Assembly: GCA_964361825.1 (NCBI GenBank)
Contig: CAYICB010000002.1
Span: 5,845-69,844, forward strand
Source: an uncultured Candidatus Saccharibacteria bacterium
GTDB taxonomy: Bacteria; Patescibacteriota; Minisyncoccia; Phycocordibacterales; JACOZG01
DNA length: 64,000 nt
Direction: 5' to 3'
The translations under genes were made by a program, and so were the position numbers. Positions 62,331-64,000 of the stretch are shown one piece after another (position 1 is the stretch's first letter; every line of letters starts with the position of its first letter). A model generated the notes under the pieces. The model was not told the DNA's origin. It saw only the letters and a list, made by a program, of their open reading frames with translations, and made no database searches.

Positions 62331-62795
62331 ATGAATAAAGACAAAGACTACTTAAGCCAGGGGAAATTTGAAGAATTAACCAAGGAGCTAGAAGAGCTCA
62401 AAACCACGAGGCGCAAGGCCGTGGCCGAGCGCCTCGAGTTTGCCAAGTCGATGGGGGATTTATCAGAAAATGCCGAGTATCACTCGGCCAGAGACGAGCA
62501 AGCGGATATTGAGGAACGGATTTCTCAATTAGAAATAGTGCTAAAATCAGCTACCATTCTTACCGAGCGCCACGGCTCGCAGGTGGAAGTGGGTTCTAAA
62601 CTGACGGTTAAACGCTCCGGCGGCAGTAATCAAGAATTTACTTTAGTGGGTTCGGAAGAAGCCGATATCAAAAAGGGGAAAATTTCTTATCAATCACCGC
62701 TCGGTGAAGCGCTTTTAGGTAAAAAAGCGGGGGAGACCGTCAAAGCCTCTACCCCAAACGGCGAAATAAGTTATACTATCTTGAGTATCAATTAA
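62331..62795 (+). CDS. greA: transcription elongation factor GreA (start at internal ATG 62331)
   Basis: Coiled-coil N-terminus with acidic tip (SENAEYHSARDEQ); FKBP-like C-terminal domain. Confidence 0.85.
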   Translation: MNKDKDYLSQGKFEELTKELEELKTTRRKAVAERLEFAKSMGDLSENAEYHSARDEQADIEERISQLEIVLKSATILTERHGSQVEVGSKLTVKRSGGSNQEFTLVGSEEADIKKGKISYQSPLGEALLGKKAGETVKASTPNGEISYTILSIN

Positions 62796-62797
62796 AT

Positions 62798-64000
62798 ATG
62801 GCGTCTTTAGAAGAACTGCGAACAGCTCGACAAACTAAACTCGAGCGGCTTCGCACCTTGGGTAAAGAAACTTATCCGGCCAAAGTGGTCCGCGATTTTA
62901 CTCTTGGCGAAGTGGTCAAAAAATTCACCGAACTCGAGGGGAAATCCGTAAATTTAGTTGGGCGCGTAATGGCCTTGCGTGGGCAAGGTGGTTTAATTTT
63001 TATCGATTTCACTGATGGCACGGGGAGCCTGCAAGCGATGCTCAAAAGGGGCGAGACGCCTGACGCCGAGTTTGATCTCTTTGCCGAAACTGTGGATCTT
63101 GGCGACTTTGTTGCCCTTACGGGCGAACTCTTTACGGCCAAGCGCGGTGAGAAAACAATTTTGGTCAAGAGTTGGCAGATGGCGACCAAGGCGCTTTTGC
63201 CCTTGCCCGAGAAGTGGCACGGCTTACAAGACGCCGAGGAGCGCTATCGCTTGCGTTATCTCGACTTACTGATGAATCCAGAATTGCGCGCCACCTTCGA
63301 ACGCAAAGCCAAGTTTTGGGACACCGCGCGCGCTTATCTTAAAAACCGTGATTTCTTAGAAGTTGAGACACCAAGTCTCGAACTCACCACCGGCGGCGCC
63401 GAAGCACGACCGTTTAAAACGCATCATCATGACTTTGATCTCGATGTTTATTTAAGAATTTCGGTCGGCGAACTCTGGCAAAAACGCTTGATGGCCGCGG
63501 GGATCCCGCGCACCTTCGAGATCGGCCGCGTCTTCCGCAATGAGGGTACCAGTCCGGAGCATTTGCAAGAGTTCACCAATCTCGAATTTTACGCGGCGTA
63601 CCTGGATTTTACTGACGGGAAAAAGTTAATCCGCGATTTATATCTTACTTTGGCACAAGAAGTCTTCGGCAAAACCAAGTTTGAACACAAAGGTCACAAC
63701 TTCGACCTCGCGAGCGATTGGCCAGATCTCGACTATGTTTCCACCATCGAGCAAATGACGAGCATGAATGTGCTCACCAGTTCCGAAAATGATTTGATGA
63801 AAAAGTTGCAAGAGCTCGGCGTGGAATACACGGGCAAGACCCGCGAGCGTTTAGCCGACTCGCTCTGGAAGCATTGCCGTAAGCAAATTGCCGGACCAGC
63901 CTTTCTCGTCAATCATCCTAAATTTGTGGCGCCACTCTCGAAGGCGAAAGAAGATAATTCTGACCTCACCTACACCACGCAAATTATTATCGCCGGCACC
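62798..64000 (+). CDS. lysS: lysyl-tRNA synthetase, class II (partial, continues beyond window end)
   Basis: Hand translation from ATG 62798. OB anticodon-binding domain followed by class II motifs (FRNEG, motif-2 region). No stop before position 64000. Confidence 0.9.
   Translation, partial: MASLEELRTARQTKLERLRTLGKETYPAKVVRDFTLGEVVKKFTELEGKSVNLVGRVMALRGQGGLIFIDFTDGTGSLQAMLKRGETPDAEFDLFAETVDLGDFVALTGELFTAKRGEKTILVKSWQMATKALLPLPEKWHGLQDAEERYRLRYLDLLMNPELRATFERKAKFWDTARAYLKNRDFLEVETPSLELTTGGAEARPFKTHHHDFDLDVYLRISVGELWQKRLMAAGIPRTFEIGRVFRNEGTSPEHLQEFTNLEFYAAYLDFTDGKKLIRDLYLTLAQEVFGKTKFEHKGHNFDLASDWPDLDYVSTIEQMTSMNVLTSSENDLMKKLQELGVEYTGKTRERLADSLWKHCRKQIAGPAFLVNHPKFVAPLSKAKEDNSDLTYTTQIIIAGT

Noticed and set aside
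1-64000. CRISPR array or cas genes
   Set aside because: No regularly spaced direct repeats of 25-40 bp and no Cas-like ORFs. The only repeat families are the REP palindromes, a 45-bp pair, a 20-bp pair, short palindromes in holB and a 14-nt microsatellite.
1-64000. tRNA and rRNA genes
   Set aside because: No intergenic segment of 70-90 nt with cloverleaf-compatible conserved bases (GTTC..A T-loop with a matching acceptor stem), and no rRNA-like sequence, was seen by eye. A tRNA-scan would still be prudent.

Overview
This window is gene-dense, mostly housekeeping chromosomal DNA from a bacterium whose gene complement looks genome-reduced. The evidence for that: shortened aminoacyl-tRNA synthetases (a 596-aa AlaRS lacking the C-terminal C-Ala domain, a 409-aa ProRS without the INS editing insertion), a 713-aa SMC, fused or inserted domains, and many unannotatable membrane/surface proteins. 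This is compatible with a CPR/Patescibacteria-like lineage, but that placement is inference only.

The conserved backbone reads as follows. On the minus strand: dnaE; a Clp N-terminal-domain protein; a ZIP transporter plus a VIT-family transporter; fmt-def-priA. On the plus strand: ychF; rnhB-rpmF-nusB-rnc-smc; an MGMT-like gene followed by leuS; a sigma-region-4/HARE-HTH gene, a membrane protein, mltG and a DEDDh exonuclease gene; mnmA; alaS; infA-rpmJ-rpsM-rpsK-rpsD-rpoA-rplQ-rplM-rpsI; grpE-dnaK-dnaJ; hpf and a cyclophilin gene; murA-mreB-holB; frr-rseP-proS-mreB-mreC-mreD-mrdA-greA-lysS (lysS runs off the window end). No rRNA, tRNA or CRISPR array was seen by eye.

Accessory items that stand out:
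- An IS200-like Y1 (RAYT-type) transposase gene bracketed by 23-bp palindromic REP-like elements, with further copies elsewhere in the window.
- A Nudix hydrolase domain with a canonical Nudix box inserted inside LeuRS, and a NusB protein with a C-terminal Nudix-like extension.
- An HD-domain (RelA/SpoT-type) small hydrolase gene flanked by a perfect 20-bp direct repeat, next to a DUF397 gene (a family typical of Actinobacteria).
- A three-gene operon of unknown function ending in a ParB-like nuclease-domain protein, convergent with a RelE toxin/antitoxin pair.
- A five-gene cluster of secreted/membrane repeat proteins, including an FN3-containing surface protein.
- Two further toxin modules (RelE with antitoxin; a solo PemK/MazF-like toxin next to an RHH protein) and several short dispersed repeats.
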